Shown here: positions 15,237-24,285 of the stretch, one piece after another
Layout of the letters: each line of letters begins with the position of its first letter
Position numbering within the stretch: position 1 is the stretch's first letter
Assembly: GCA_944325945.1 (NCBI GenBank)
Contig: CALVBW010000023.1
Coordinates: 21,825 to 85,824 of the forward strand
Source: Candidatus Gastranaerophilales bacterium
GTDB taxonomy: Bacteria > Cyanobacteriota > Vampirovibrionia > Gastranaerophilales > Gastranaerophilaceae
Reading direction: 5' to 3'
DNA length: 64,000 bases
The notes under the pieces: generated by a model
The model's input: only the letters and a program-made list of their open reading frames with translations
The model's database searches: none
What the model was told of the DNA's origin: nothing
Translations under genes and position numbers: made by a program

Positions 15237-15536
15237 AGTCGGATTAGTAAATCCGACTTACAATATGTCATCCTGAACTGCCTGAGGCAGGACAACACAC
15301 TGAACATTGGTGGGACTTACCATGTCATCCTGAACTTGTTTCAGGATCTCAAAAGATGCACCCCCGCCCCCAGAATTTCAAACACTCGCAAGCTTATGTT
15401 GAAATTCAACCCCCGCCCTCAAGGGGTGAGGGTAAGCCCCTTGAGCGAAGCTCACAGAAAACACACACCTCACTTTACTCACCTCACTCACTCTAGTCAC
15501 GTTAAACAAGAGACCCTGAAACGAGTTCTGGGTGAC
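15237..15536. repeat. Mosaic of short palindromic repeats inside the stop-free leader of gene C
   Basis: AGTCGGATT-agta-AATCCGACT (15237-15258), GTCATCCTGAACTGCCTGAGGCAGGAC (15267-15293), GTCATCCTGAACTTGTTTCAGGATCTC (15324-15350), CCCTCA-agggg-TGAGGG (15416-15432), GAGACCCTGAAACGAGTTCTGGGTGAC (15510-15536). Confidence 0.8.
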
Positions 15537-15542
15537 AAAGAT

Positions 15543-16310
15543 GTGTGCGAAGCTCACAGTAAATTCTTAGTGCCTTACTGCCTTAGTAACTTAGTATCTT
15601 CTAAAAAGACCGCGTTTACCCTTGCGGAGGTTTTAATAACCCTCGGCATAATCGGAATTGTAGCAGCAATGACAATTCCGACGCTTATATCAAATTATCA
15701 GAAAAAAATTACTGTTTCAAAATTGCAAAAAGCACATTCAACACTTAGTAATATGACTAAGCTTTTGTATGCTGACGGTGTATACAATGCTTTTTCGGGA
15801 ACTGTATCTTCTGAGAGAACCGAACAATTTTTTAATTCATATGTTTTACCGTATTTTAAATCTCCCGTTGTATACAAGGACCGTGTTTGTCCGTATACGG
15901 GCACCACAGAGGACTGTTTTCCTTTTAAATATCCTAATAATGATGTCGTAAATTCTAATGTTAAGACTATTTGGAATTACGGACGTATATATTTTACAAC
16001 ATCTGATAAGACTTCTTATTTTATAAATATAATGAAGTATATTGACCCGGACAACCCCGAGGACGGTCGTGAGTATAGAACTTCTCCCGAAGTTTGGGTT
16101 GATTTGAACGGAGCAGACGGACCAAATACTATGGGAAAAGATATTTTTTATTTCAAAACGGATTTTTCTAAAGGTCTTGTTATGAGTTACTGTGCCTCCA
16201 ACAGTTATGAGTATATAAACAGGGACTGTTCCAAAGATGGATATGGCTTTTGCTGCGCGGCAAAAATAATGCTCGACGGCTGGAAAATAAAAGACGATTA
16301 CCCGTGGTAA
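15543..16310 (+). CDS. Prepilin-type protein, paralog C
   Basis: (GTG)CEAHSKFLVPYCLSNLVSSKKTA-FTLAEVLITLGIIGIVAAMTIPTL; WVDLNGADGPNTMGKDIFYF; C-terminal GWKIKDDYPW. The ORF track opens at TTG 15336, and the frame is open back to 15144. Confidence 0.8.
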   Translation: MCEAHSKFLVPYCLSNLVSSKKTAFTLAEVLITLGIIGIVAAMTIPTLISNYQKKITVSKLQKAHSTLSNMTKLLYADGVYNAFSGTVSSERTEQFFNSYVLPYFKSPVVYKDRVCPYTGTTEDCFPFKYPNNDVVNSNVKTIWNYGRIYFTTSDKTSYFINIMKYIDPDNPEDGREYRTSPEVWVDLNGADGPNTMGKDIFYFKTDFSKGLVMSYCASNSYEYINRDCSKDGYGFCCAAKIMLDGWKIKDDYPW

Positions 16311-16313
16311 GCG

Positions 16314-17018
16314 TTAAGCTTCACAAAATTCTTGTATGGAAACTGATTCAATCCCCTCAAATTTTTGGAATTCTTTGTAAAGTGTCTGCATCGGTTTTTT
16401 TGAGTTAAGTTCAAGAATTACTATAATTTTAGTTAAATTTTCATCGGCTTTTTTGCTTATTTCTTTTAAATACGGATATTTATCTACAATATGTTCATAA
16501 ATTTTGTCAGCATTATTATTTTGGCATTTTAAAGAAATTTTGAGTCTGCAAAGGTTTTTAGTGCTCGACACAAGAACATTTTTCTCAAAGAATCTGACGG
16601 AAACAAGGGTTATGATAGCTACAATTGTTGCAACTATTGCCAGATCATACATTCCAGAGCCGCATGCCATACCGATTGCAGCTGACATAAATAAAGTTGC
16701 GGCAGTTGTAAGTCCGAAAACAGTTGCGCCGTGGCGTAAAACTGTTCCGCCGCCGATAAAACCTATACCTGTTACAACCTGTGCCGCAACACGTGCCGTA
16801 TCACGGGTTCCAAGCTCGACTGACGTTACGGTAATTGCCGGGAATCCGTATATTGAAATTATTGTAAATACGCATGCGCCGAGGCATACAAGGATGTTTG
16901 TTCTTAATCCTGCGTATTTGTTGGTCATTTCTCTTTCAAGACCGACTGCAAAACCTAATAACAACGCAGAAACCACGCGTATTATTATATTTAAATCAAA
17001 AATTCCCAGTAATTCCAT
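16314..17018 (-). CDS. MgtC/SapB-family membrane protein
   Basis: RVVSALLLGFAVGLEREMTNKYAGLRTNILVCLGA, MgtC signature, with a soluble C-terminal domain. Confidence 0.8.
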   Translation of the reverse strand: MELLGIFDLNIIIRVVSALLLGFAVGLEREMTNKYAGLRTNILVCLGACVFTIISIYGFPAITVTSVELGTRDTARVAAQVVTGIGFIGGGTVLRHGATVFGLTTAATLFMSAAIGMACGSGMYDLAIVATIVAIITLVSVRFFEKNVLVSSTKNLCRLKISLKCQNNNADKIYEHIVDKYPYLKEISKKADENLTKIIVILELNSKKPMQTLYKEFQKFEGIESVSIQEFCEA

Positions 17019-17020
17019 TT

Positions 17021-18085
17021 TTACCTTACCCTGCTTTTCGGATCCAATACGTCCCTTATTGTATCACCTATTAAGTTAAATGCCAATACCGCAACAAAAA
17101 TTAAAAATCCCGGTGTTAAAAGCCACGGGCGATAGATTATATTTGTAAATTCCTGTGCTTCTTTAAGCATATTACCCCAACTCGCGTCCGGCTGCTGAAT
17201 TCCCAGACCTAAAAAGCTTAAGCCTGATTCTGACAAGATATACGACGGAACCGATAAAGTCATTGCAACTATTACAAAGCTCGTTGTTTGAGGCAGAATA
17301 TGTTTTACGATAATACCGAGTCTTGATTGCCCTATTGATTTTGCAGCCTGAATAAATTCCTGATTTTTAATAGATAAAACCATTCCTCTGACGACACGTG
17401 CAAAACTTGCCCAGCCAATCAGCGCAAGAATTACGACAATAAGGATAAATCTCTGGATGCTTGTCATCCCGGACGGCAGAATTGATGCAAGGATTATCAA
17501 TAAGTAAAAACTCGGAACGGACATAACAGCTTCCGCAAAACGCATCATTATTGTGTCGACTTTGCCGCCGAAATATCCTGAAATTCCGCCGTACAAAAGT
17601 CCTATCGGAAACAGTACGAATAAAGCAAGAAATCCTATTGTCATTGAAATTCTTCCGCCGAATAAAAGTCTTGAAAATACATCGCGGCCGTTTATGTCTG
17701 TCCCTAAAAGGAATAATCTGCCCTCCGGTGCGACGGTTACAAGGTGACGTTTCATTGGAATCAATCCTAAGAATTTATAAGGCTGTCCTTGTGAGAAAAA
17801 TTTCAGATAATATTTTTGTGAACGGTCAAGTTTGTAGGTCATCTCAAGGGTATTTTGGTCGAATTCTCTTATGTAATTATATGTATAAGGTCTTGAAAAT
17901 TTACCGTTTTCGTCAATCGTAAAGATTTTGGACGGCGGAACGTAAGCCATTGTTCTGTCTGAAAAATCCTTTGTATATGGTGCCAGAAAATCCGCAAAGA
18001 AAAGCGCAAGATAGATTACCCCGAGAACTATAAGGGCAAGTCTTGCAAATTTATCTTTTAATAATTGTCTTAAAACTTCTCTCAT
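17021..18085 (-). CDS. Peptide/nickel ABC transporter permease (OppC/DppC-like)
   Basis: Multi-TM protein with the binding-protein-dependent transport signature (QAAKSIGQSRLGIIVKHILP). Confidence 0.85.
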   Translation of the reverse strand: MREVLRQLLKDKFARLALIVLGVIYLALFFADFLAPYTKDFSDRTMAYVPPSKIFTIDENGKFSRPYTYNYIREFDQNTLEMTYKLDRSQKYYLKFFSQGQPYKFLGLIPMKRHLVTVAPEGRLFLLGTDINGRDVFSRLLFGGRISMTIGFLALFVLFPIGLLYGGISGYFGGKVDTIMMRFAEAVMSVPSFYLLIILASILPSGMTSIQRFILIVVILALIGWASFARVVRGMVLSIKNQEFIQAAKSIGQSRLGIIVKHILPQTTSFVIVAMTLSVPSYILSESGLSFLGLGIQQPDASWGNMLKEAQEFTNIIYRPWLLTPGFLIFVAVLAFNLIGDTIRDVLDPKSRVR

Positions 18086-19053
18086 GATTTCACCCTTATT
18101 CTCGGATCCGTAATTATCAAAAGTATATCCGCAATTAAATTTCCAAGTATAAGCATAATAGCCCCCATCATCAAGGATGCCATAACAAGATTAATATCGG
18201 ATTTCAAAACCGCTTCCAAAATCAACCGCCCCAATCCGGGGTATTGAAATACGTATTCAGTCAAAGCAGCTCCGCTTAATAATCCTGCAAATTCAAAACC
18301 CAAAAGGGTTATCAAAGGGTTAACCGCGTTCCGGAGTGCGTGTTTATAAACAACTTTAAATTCGTTCAACCCTTTTGCACGTGCGAATTTTACGTAATCG
18401 CTGTCGAGTACGTCAAGCATATTTGCCCTCATTTGCCGCTGCAATCCCGCAAGCGAAATCGTAAAAAGTACAATCACAGGCAAAAACAGGTGATGTGCGA
18501 TATCTTTTATCTGACTAAAAAATCCCATATCCGCAAAATTTGCACTTGTTAAACCTCCTACCGGAAACCAGCCTGTTCTTACCGCAAAAATTAACAGCAA
18601 AACCGCAAAGAAAAACGACGGAATTGCCATTCCGACACTTGTTAAAACCGTCAGTATTCTGTCAAAAGGAGTTTTCCATTTGAGTGCGGCAAGTATTCCG
18701 AGCGGAATTCCCGCAGCCCATGTCAGAAAAATTACCACAATTGTTAATAAAAGGGTATTTGGAATTCTTTCTTTCAGTTTTGTACTGACCTGTTCGCCGT
18801 TTGCGGTTATCCCGAGATCGCCTTTTATAAATGATTTTGCCCATTTGCCGTATTGAATAATAATAGGTTTATCAAGACCCAGCCTTTGAGTTTCTTTTTC
18901 AAGAGTTTCTTTTGAAACTGACGGGTTAAGTCTTAATTCCGCAAGCGGATCCACAGGCGACAGCCTTATTATAAAAAAGCTTATTAACGATACTATTATT
19001 AATAACGGTATCGTCTGCAAAATTCTTTTAAATATATATTTTAAGATTTCCAT
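18082..19053 (-). CDS. Peptide/nickel ABC transporter permease (OppB/DppB-like)
   Basis: MEILKYIFKRILQTIPLLIIVSLISFFI...DYVKFARAKGL, an OppB-type motif. Confidence 0.85.
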   Translation of the reverse strand: MEILKYIFKRILQTIPLLIIVSLISFFIIRLSPVDPLAELRLNPSVSKETLEKETQRLGLDKPIIIQYGKWAKSFIKGDLGITANGEQVSTKLKERIPNTLLLTIVVIFLTWAAGIPLGILAALKWKTPFDRILTVLTSVGMAIPSFFFAVLLLIFAVRTGWFPVGGLTSANFADMGFFSQIKDIAHHLFLPVIVLFTISLAGLQRQMRANMLDVLDSDYVKFARAKGLNEFKVVYKHALRNAVNPLITLLGFEFAGLLSGAALTEYVFQYPGLGRLILEAVLKSDINLVMASLMMGAIMLILGNLIADILLIITDPRIRVKS

Positions 19054-19071
19054 AATGGGTTGTTACCTCGT

Positions 19072-19137
19072 GTCACCCTGAACTTGTTTCAGGGTCTCCT
19101 TATTGATTTTTAGATTCTGAAACGAGTTCAGAATAAC
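19072..19137. repeat. Two palindromic repeat units (19072-19098 GTCACCCTGAACTTGTTTCAGGGTCTC; 19112-19137 AGATTCTGAAACGAGTTCAGAATAAC)
   Basis: Read directly. The second unit overlaps the last codons of the substrate-binding protein gene. Confidence 0.8.
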
Positions 19138-20986
19138 ATTTTTCAGGCGATTCACAAATATATATCTCCTCTATATTATACGTGACCCCGCCGAGTGATG
19201 TCGGAAATATATTTTTGAATTTATTCCGGATTGCGACAATTACGGTCGGTGAATAGATGTAGATAAAAGGTTTTTCATCATAGACAATTTCCTGGTACTC
19301 GTCGTAATATTTTTTTCTATCTTCAAATTTTGTTGCGAGTGCGCCTTTTATAAACATTTCGTCAATCTTTTTTTCAAAATCGTAGCGCGGAGAATTTTTG
19401 TCTTTTTCAAGCCTCATGTTATATACATGTAAAGTTCCGTCGGACATCATAACGTTTTTCCCGCCGTTAGGCTCAAGCGGCGACCCCGTAAATCCCATTA
19501 TAACCATATCCCAATCGAGAGTGTTTACGAGCTTATTGACAAGAGAATTGAATTCAATCGGTTTAAAATTAACTTTCATTCCAAGATCTTCCAAATCCTG
19601 TTTAATCATAACCCCGATGGCTTCGCGCTCTGTGTTTCCTGCATTGGTAAGCATGTCAAATTCTACGCGGTTATTGAATTTGTCGTATAATTTTCCCTGT
19701 TTGTCCCAATAAAAACCGGACTTTTTCAAAAGTTCACGGGATTTGTTCAAATCTTTGTCATAGGGTTTGAGATTTGTATTTAAGAAAATCGAATTAAGAC
19801 TTTCCGCCGTGAAAAGAGGTTCTCCTATTCCGTTTGCAATATTTAAAACTATGTTTTTGCGGTCAACTGCATAGTCAACAGCTTTTCTGAAATTTACATC
19901 GTTAAACCACGCCTGCTTTTTCGGCGGAACGTAGAATTTGCCGTCGTTATTTTTGCGGTTGTTCAGGTTCATTGCAAGATAAATTGTGCCTGTGTTCGGC
20001 CCGAGATTATGGATTGTAAAATCGGAATGCGGTTCCATTGCTTTGTAGCGTGCAACTTTTGACCCTTGAAGATTAATCGTGTCAAGCTCTTTTGCCTCAA
20101 ATTTTAATACTTCGTTATTCAAATCCCCCACAATCAAATAAACCAGTCTGTCCAGATAAGGAAGTTTGTCCCCGTTTTTGTTTATAATGTAATAATTGGG
20201 GTTCCGTTCATAGACAACGCGCTGTGCCGGAACGTATTCTTTAAGTTTAAATGCGCCGGATATTACTAAATCCTTAGGCTTTGTATTTGTGGATAAAAAG
20301 GTTTCAAAGTATTGCGCGCCTTTTTTTACGGCGGGTTCAAAAATATGTTTGGGTGCAATGGGTGAAGAAAGCATTCTTATAAACGGTGCAAAGGGTTCGG
20401 GTGTTACAAATTTGACGGTGTAATCGTCGATTTTGTGTACGGTCGGAAGCTTGCCGTCGATTACGATGGAATCCCTGATTGAGGTATTTCCGAGCCCGGC
20501 AAGAATTATGTCACGCCATGTAAAAACAACGTCGTCTGCGGTAATCGGTTTGCCGTCAGACCATTTTATGCCGTGTCTTAAATTGATTGTGTATTCTTTT
20601 CCGTCCTCTGAGATTGAAAATGATTTTGCAAGTTTAGGTATTGGCTGACCTGTTACGGGGTGTGTTGTCAAAAGTCCGTCGTACATAATTTCAGACATGG
20701 CACTTGAAATATTGTCTTTTGAATTAAACGGATTAAATGTTTTTGGACCTTCGCCTATTGTGGATGCAGTAAAAGTTCCGCCGAATTTTCCTATAGGCGC
20801 CTGTGACTCAAGATAATCTACTTCCTTAATCGTAACTGTTTTTCTGTCCTCTGGGAATATGATTTCCTGCTCGCTGGTTGTGACTGCTTTTTCTGTATTT
20901 GTGTCGGGGACATCGCGCCTTATGCAGGCTTTTAAAAGCCCTAAAATCAACATAAGAATTAAGATAACATACATAACCCGTTTCAT
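19100..20986 (-). CDS. ABC transporter substrate-binding protein, family 5 (peptide/nickel)
   Basis: 628 aa with an N-terminal signal/lipobox-like LLKAC. Family-5 SBP-like sequence along its length. Forms an operon with the two permeases. Confidence 0.8.
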   Translation of the reverse strand: MKRVMYVILILMLILGLLKACIRRDVPDTNTEKAVTTSEQEIIFPEDRKTVTIKEVDYLESQAPIGKFGGTFTASTIGEGPKTFNPFNSKDNISSAMSEIMYDGLLTTHPVTGQPIPKLAKSFSISEDGKEYTINLRHGIKWSDGKPITADDVVFTWRDIILAGLGNTSIRDSIVIDGKLPTVHKIDDYTVKFVTPEPFAPFIRMLSSPIAPKHIFEPAVKKGAQYFETFLSTNTKPKDLVISGAFKLKEYVPAQRVVYERNPNYYIINKNGDKLPYLDRLVYLIVGDLNNEVLKFEAKELDTINLQGSKVARYKAMEPHSDFTIHNLGPNTGTIYLAMNLNNRKNNDGKFYVPPKKQAWFNDVNFRKAVDYAVDRKNIVLNIANGIGEPLFTAESLNSIFLNTNLKPYDKDLNKSRELLKKSGFYWDKQGKLYDKFNNRVEFDMLTNAGNTEREAIGVMIKQDLEDLGMKVNFKPIEFNSLVNKLVNTLDWDMVIMGFTGSPLEPNGGKNVMMSDGTLHVYNMRLEKDKNSPRYDFEKKIDEMFIKGALATKFEDRKKYYDEYQEIVYDEKPFIYIYSPTVIVAIRNKFKNIFPTSLGGVTYNIEEIYICESPEKCYSELVSESKNQ

Positions 20987-21009
20987 AATTCCAGAATAAC
21001 ATAAAAAAG

Positions 21010-21041
21010 GAATGAGTGAATAAGTTAATAAGGGAATAAGT
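21010..21041. repeat. Tandem 8-bp array GAATGAGT GAATAAGT TAATAAGG GAATAAGT
   Basis: Read directly. It is the inverse complement of the array type at 1696-1730. Confidence 0.7.
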
Positions 21042-21106
21042 GTTATAAAAAGTTGATATTGAAATAATCCGCCCAGATAGATTTTAGAAATAACTTGTTC
21101 CCTTTA

Positions 21107-21170
21107 GTCGGGCTAAAAGTCCAACCAACATCGTCCCCTCTCCCAAACCCTCTCCCGCTGGAATAGGGGC
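21107..21170. repeat. Short repeats 3' of gene D: AGTCGGGCTAAAAGTCCAACC and the GC-rich CCCCTCTCCC...CCCTCTCCC element
   Basis: Related to 8984-9007 and 1621-1661. Confidence 0.6.
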
Positions 21171-21198
21171 AATGAACCACGGCAAGACAAATATCAAT

Positions 21199-21972
21199 TT
21201 AATTTTTATATTCCTCATCAAGTTCATAAGGTTCGTAATGAAGTTTTCCGTCTTTCATAAATGTATAACTTGTATTATATAGGGAAGTTGAATCAGGATA
21301 AATACCTAAATCAAAAGTGTCTGCTCCCAGCTGGTTGGGACCGGCAGGACCATTAACATCTATAATAATCTGACCGCATCGAGGTGTGGTATAATAAATT
21401 ATTTCTTGTTCACCTGTTTCTTCATTGATTATAGGATTCCCCGCTTCATCTTTTTTTATCGCTGTGTATGTATAGTTACAATTACCTTGATAATTAAACC
21501 TTTGTACCATTATTCTCATGCCATTTTTTAATACGGCAGTTGGGGCGTAATACATGGTCTTACCATAGGTTACACCATTGTTATATTTTTTTTGCTCAAA
21601 TTTTATAGTCTCAGGCCAACAACTTTTATCGCCTGTATTACAAATTTTGGTTACTGATAAATTTTGAGTTAATAATTCCAATATTTCTAAATGAGATAAG
21701 TTTAAGCTGAATATATCACGATAACTGCTAAAACCATTCTGTGCCATTGTTATTTGTACGGCATTTTGTATTATTGAATACCCCGTTTTTGCCTGATTTA
21801 CAAGCTCTTTTTCTTTATAATTGGCAACAAGAGTTGGTATCGTCATAGCCGCCACAACGCCGATTATGCCGAGGGTTATCAAGACTTCAGCGAGTGTGAA
21901 GGCGGTTTTTTTAGAAGATACTAAGTTACTAAGGCAGTAAGGCACTAAGAATTTACTGTGAGCTTCGCTCAC
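21199..21972 (-). CDS. Prepilin-type protein, paralog D
   Basis: (GTG)SEAHSKFLVPYCLSNLVSSKKTA-FTLAEVLITLGIIGVVAAMTIPTL; IIDVNGPAGPNQLGADTFDL. The ORF track extends to TTG 22017. With a C10 tract, the ATG at 22070 would be in frame. Confidence 0.8.
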   Translation of the reverse strand: MSEAHSKFLVPYCLSNLVSSKKTAFTLAEVLITLGIIGVVAAMTIPTLVANYKEKELVNQAKTGYSIIQNAVQITMAQNGFSSYRDIFSLNLSHLEILELLTQNLSVTKICNTGDKSCWPETIKFEQKKYNNGVTYGKTMYYAPTAVLKNGMRIMVQRFNYQGNCNYTYTAIKKDEAGNPIINEETGEQEIIYYTTPRCGQIIIDVNGPAGPNQLGADTFDLGIYPDSTSLYNTSYTFMKDGKLHYEPYELDEEYKN

Positions 21973-22021
21973 TAATTTTCCTATACCTGAGACGCTAAAA
22001 CAGTTACCCCAAGTCAATTTC

Positions 22022-22030
22022 GGGGGGGGG
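22022..22030 (-). repeat. Homopolymer tract: G9 on plus, C9 on the coding strand of gene D
   Basis: Counted from the sequence (atttcGGGGGGGGGcgact). Confidence 0.9.
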
Positions 22031-22092
22031 CGACTATCTGAACCGCTTTTTGCACAACCTTTTTCAACATATCAATTCTCCTTTTTTCTTTT

Positions 22093-22121
22093 ATTAAATA
22101 TTATTTTGCATATTCTGTCAA
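22093..22121 (-). promoter_or_regulatory. Putative sigma70-type promoter of pilin locus D (TTGACA-17 nt-TTTAAT)
   Basis: Same sequence as locus B. It is divergent from the groES upstream region. Confidence 0.5.
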
Positions 22122-22191
22122 GTTTTTTTGAATAATTAATTTTTCCTTAACTTTTTTAAAAAATTGTGAATTCTGTATTATAAATATATTA

Positions 22192-22218
22192 GAGATTCTG
22201 AAATAAGTTCAGAATGAC
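22192..22218. repeat. Palindromic repeat unit GAGATTCTGAAATAAGTTCAGAATGAC in the groES 5' region
   Basis: Read directly. Same family as 19112-19137. Confidence 0.8.
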
Positions 22219-22248
22219 AAATTGGTTAGTAAAAAAGGAGAGATAAAT

Positions 22249-22533
22249 ATGATTAAACCGTTAGGCGACAGAATTGTAATTAAGGTTATTGAAGACACTG
22301 AACAAACATCAGGCGGAATTTTTATCCCCGACAGCGCAAAAGAAAAACCTCAAAAAGGTGAAATCGTTGCGGTTGGTTTGGGCAAAATGAACGACAAAGG
22401 CGAAAGAGAACCTATGGATGTTAAAGTCGGCGATGTTGTTCTTTACGCTAAATACGCAGGTACGGATATTAAAATGGACGGCGTTGAATACAAAATTCTG
22501 TCAGTTAAAGATGCTTTGGCGGTAATTGAATAA
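22249..22533 (+). CDS. groES: Co-chaperonin GroES
   Basis: ORF trimmed to [43 protein letters not shown], which follows AAGGAGAG. Confidence 0.95.
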   Translation: MIKPLGDRIVIKVIEDTEQTSGGIFIPDSAKEKPQKGEIVAVGLGKMNDKGEREPMDVKVGDVVLYAKYAGTDIKMDGVEYKILSVKDALAVIE

Positions 22534-22572
22534 TTACCCCTACCCTCTCCCCTAATTGGCGGGAGCGAAAAT
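22534..22572. repeat. GC-rich CCCCTACCCTCTCCCC...GGGAG element in the groES-groEL spacer
   Basis: Same family as 1621-1661 and 21135-21170. Confidence 0.55.
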
Positions 22573-22593
22573 ATTTATAATAAGGAGATATAG

Positions 22594-24237
<1,644 letters not shown>

Positions 24238-24251
24238 ATCCCGATTAAAAC

Positions 24252-24281
24252 AAAAAAGCGAGCTTTATAGCTCGCTTTTTT
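24252..24281. terminator. Bidirectional rho-independent terminator
   Basis: AAAAAAGCGAGC-tttata-GCTCGCTTTTTT between convergent genes. Confidence 0.8.
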
Positions 24282-24285
24282 GTTG

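Noticed and set aside
15336-15542. The ORF-track N-terminus of pilin paralog C (TTG start at 15336, MFQDLKRCTPAPRISN...) as the true translation start
   Set aside because: No SD precedes this TTG, and the frame is open well upstream of it, back to 15144. The start is an artefact of taking the first start-like codon. Realistic options are the conserved GTG at 15543 or the SD-ATG at 15109 after a 1-nt tract change.
15197-15600. A fimS-like invertible promoter or shufflon at locus C, bounded by the inverted 8-bp arrays
   Set aside because: It is tempting because the arrays are inverted. However, the promoter and SD-ATG lie outside (upstream of) the bracketed segment, no recombinase gene is in the window, and the arrays are imperfect. 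I kept it only as a check to run on long reads.
16504-17079. A 191-aa plus-strand ORF, plus many similar 60-130 aa ORFs antisense to or nested in larger genes (for example 739..954, 7772..8122, 10666..11814, 23199..23516, 25607..25873, 44016..44285)
   Set aside because: They lie entirely within well-supported genes on the opposite strand or in another frame. They have low-complexity composition typical of antisense frames in AT-rich DNA and no SD sequences.
1578-22218. CRISPR array as an explanation for the recurring palindromic 27-nt units
   Set aside because: The units are scattered singly or in pairs over 20 kb in both orientations, without regular spacing. The repeats vary in sequence, and no cas genes are present.
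22122-22248. CIRCE (HrcA) operator upstream of groES
   Set aside because: No TTAGCACTC-N9-GAGTGCTAA match is present. The inverted repeat here is a member of the genome-wide palindromic repeat family (22192-22218).
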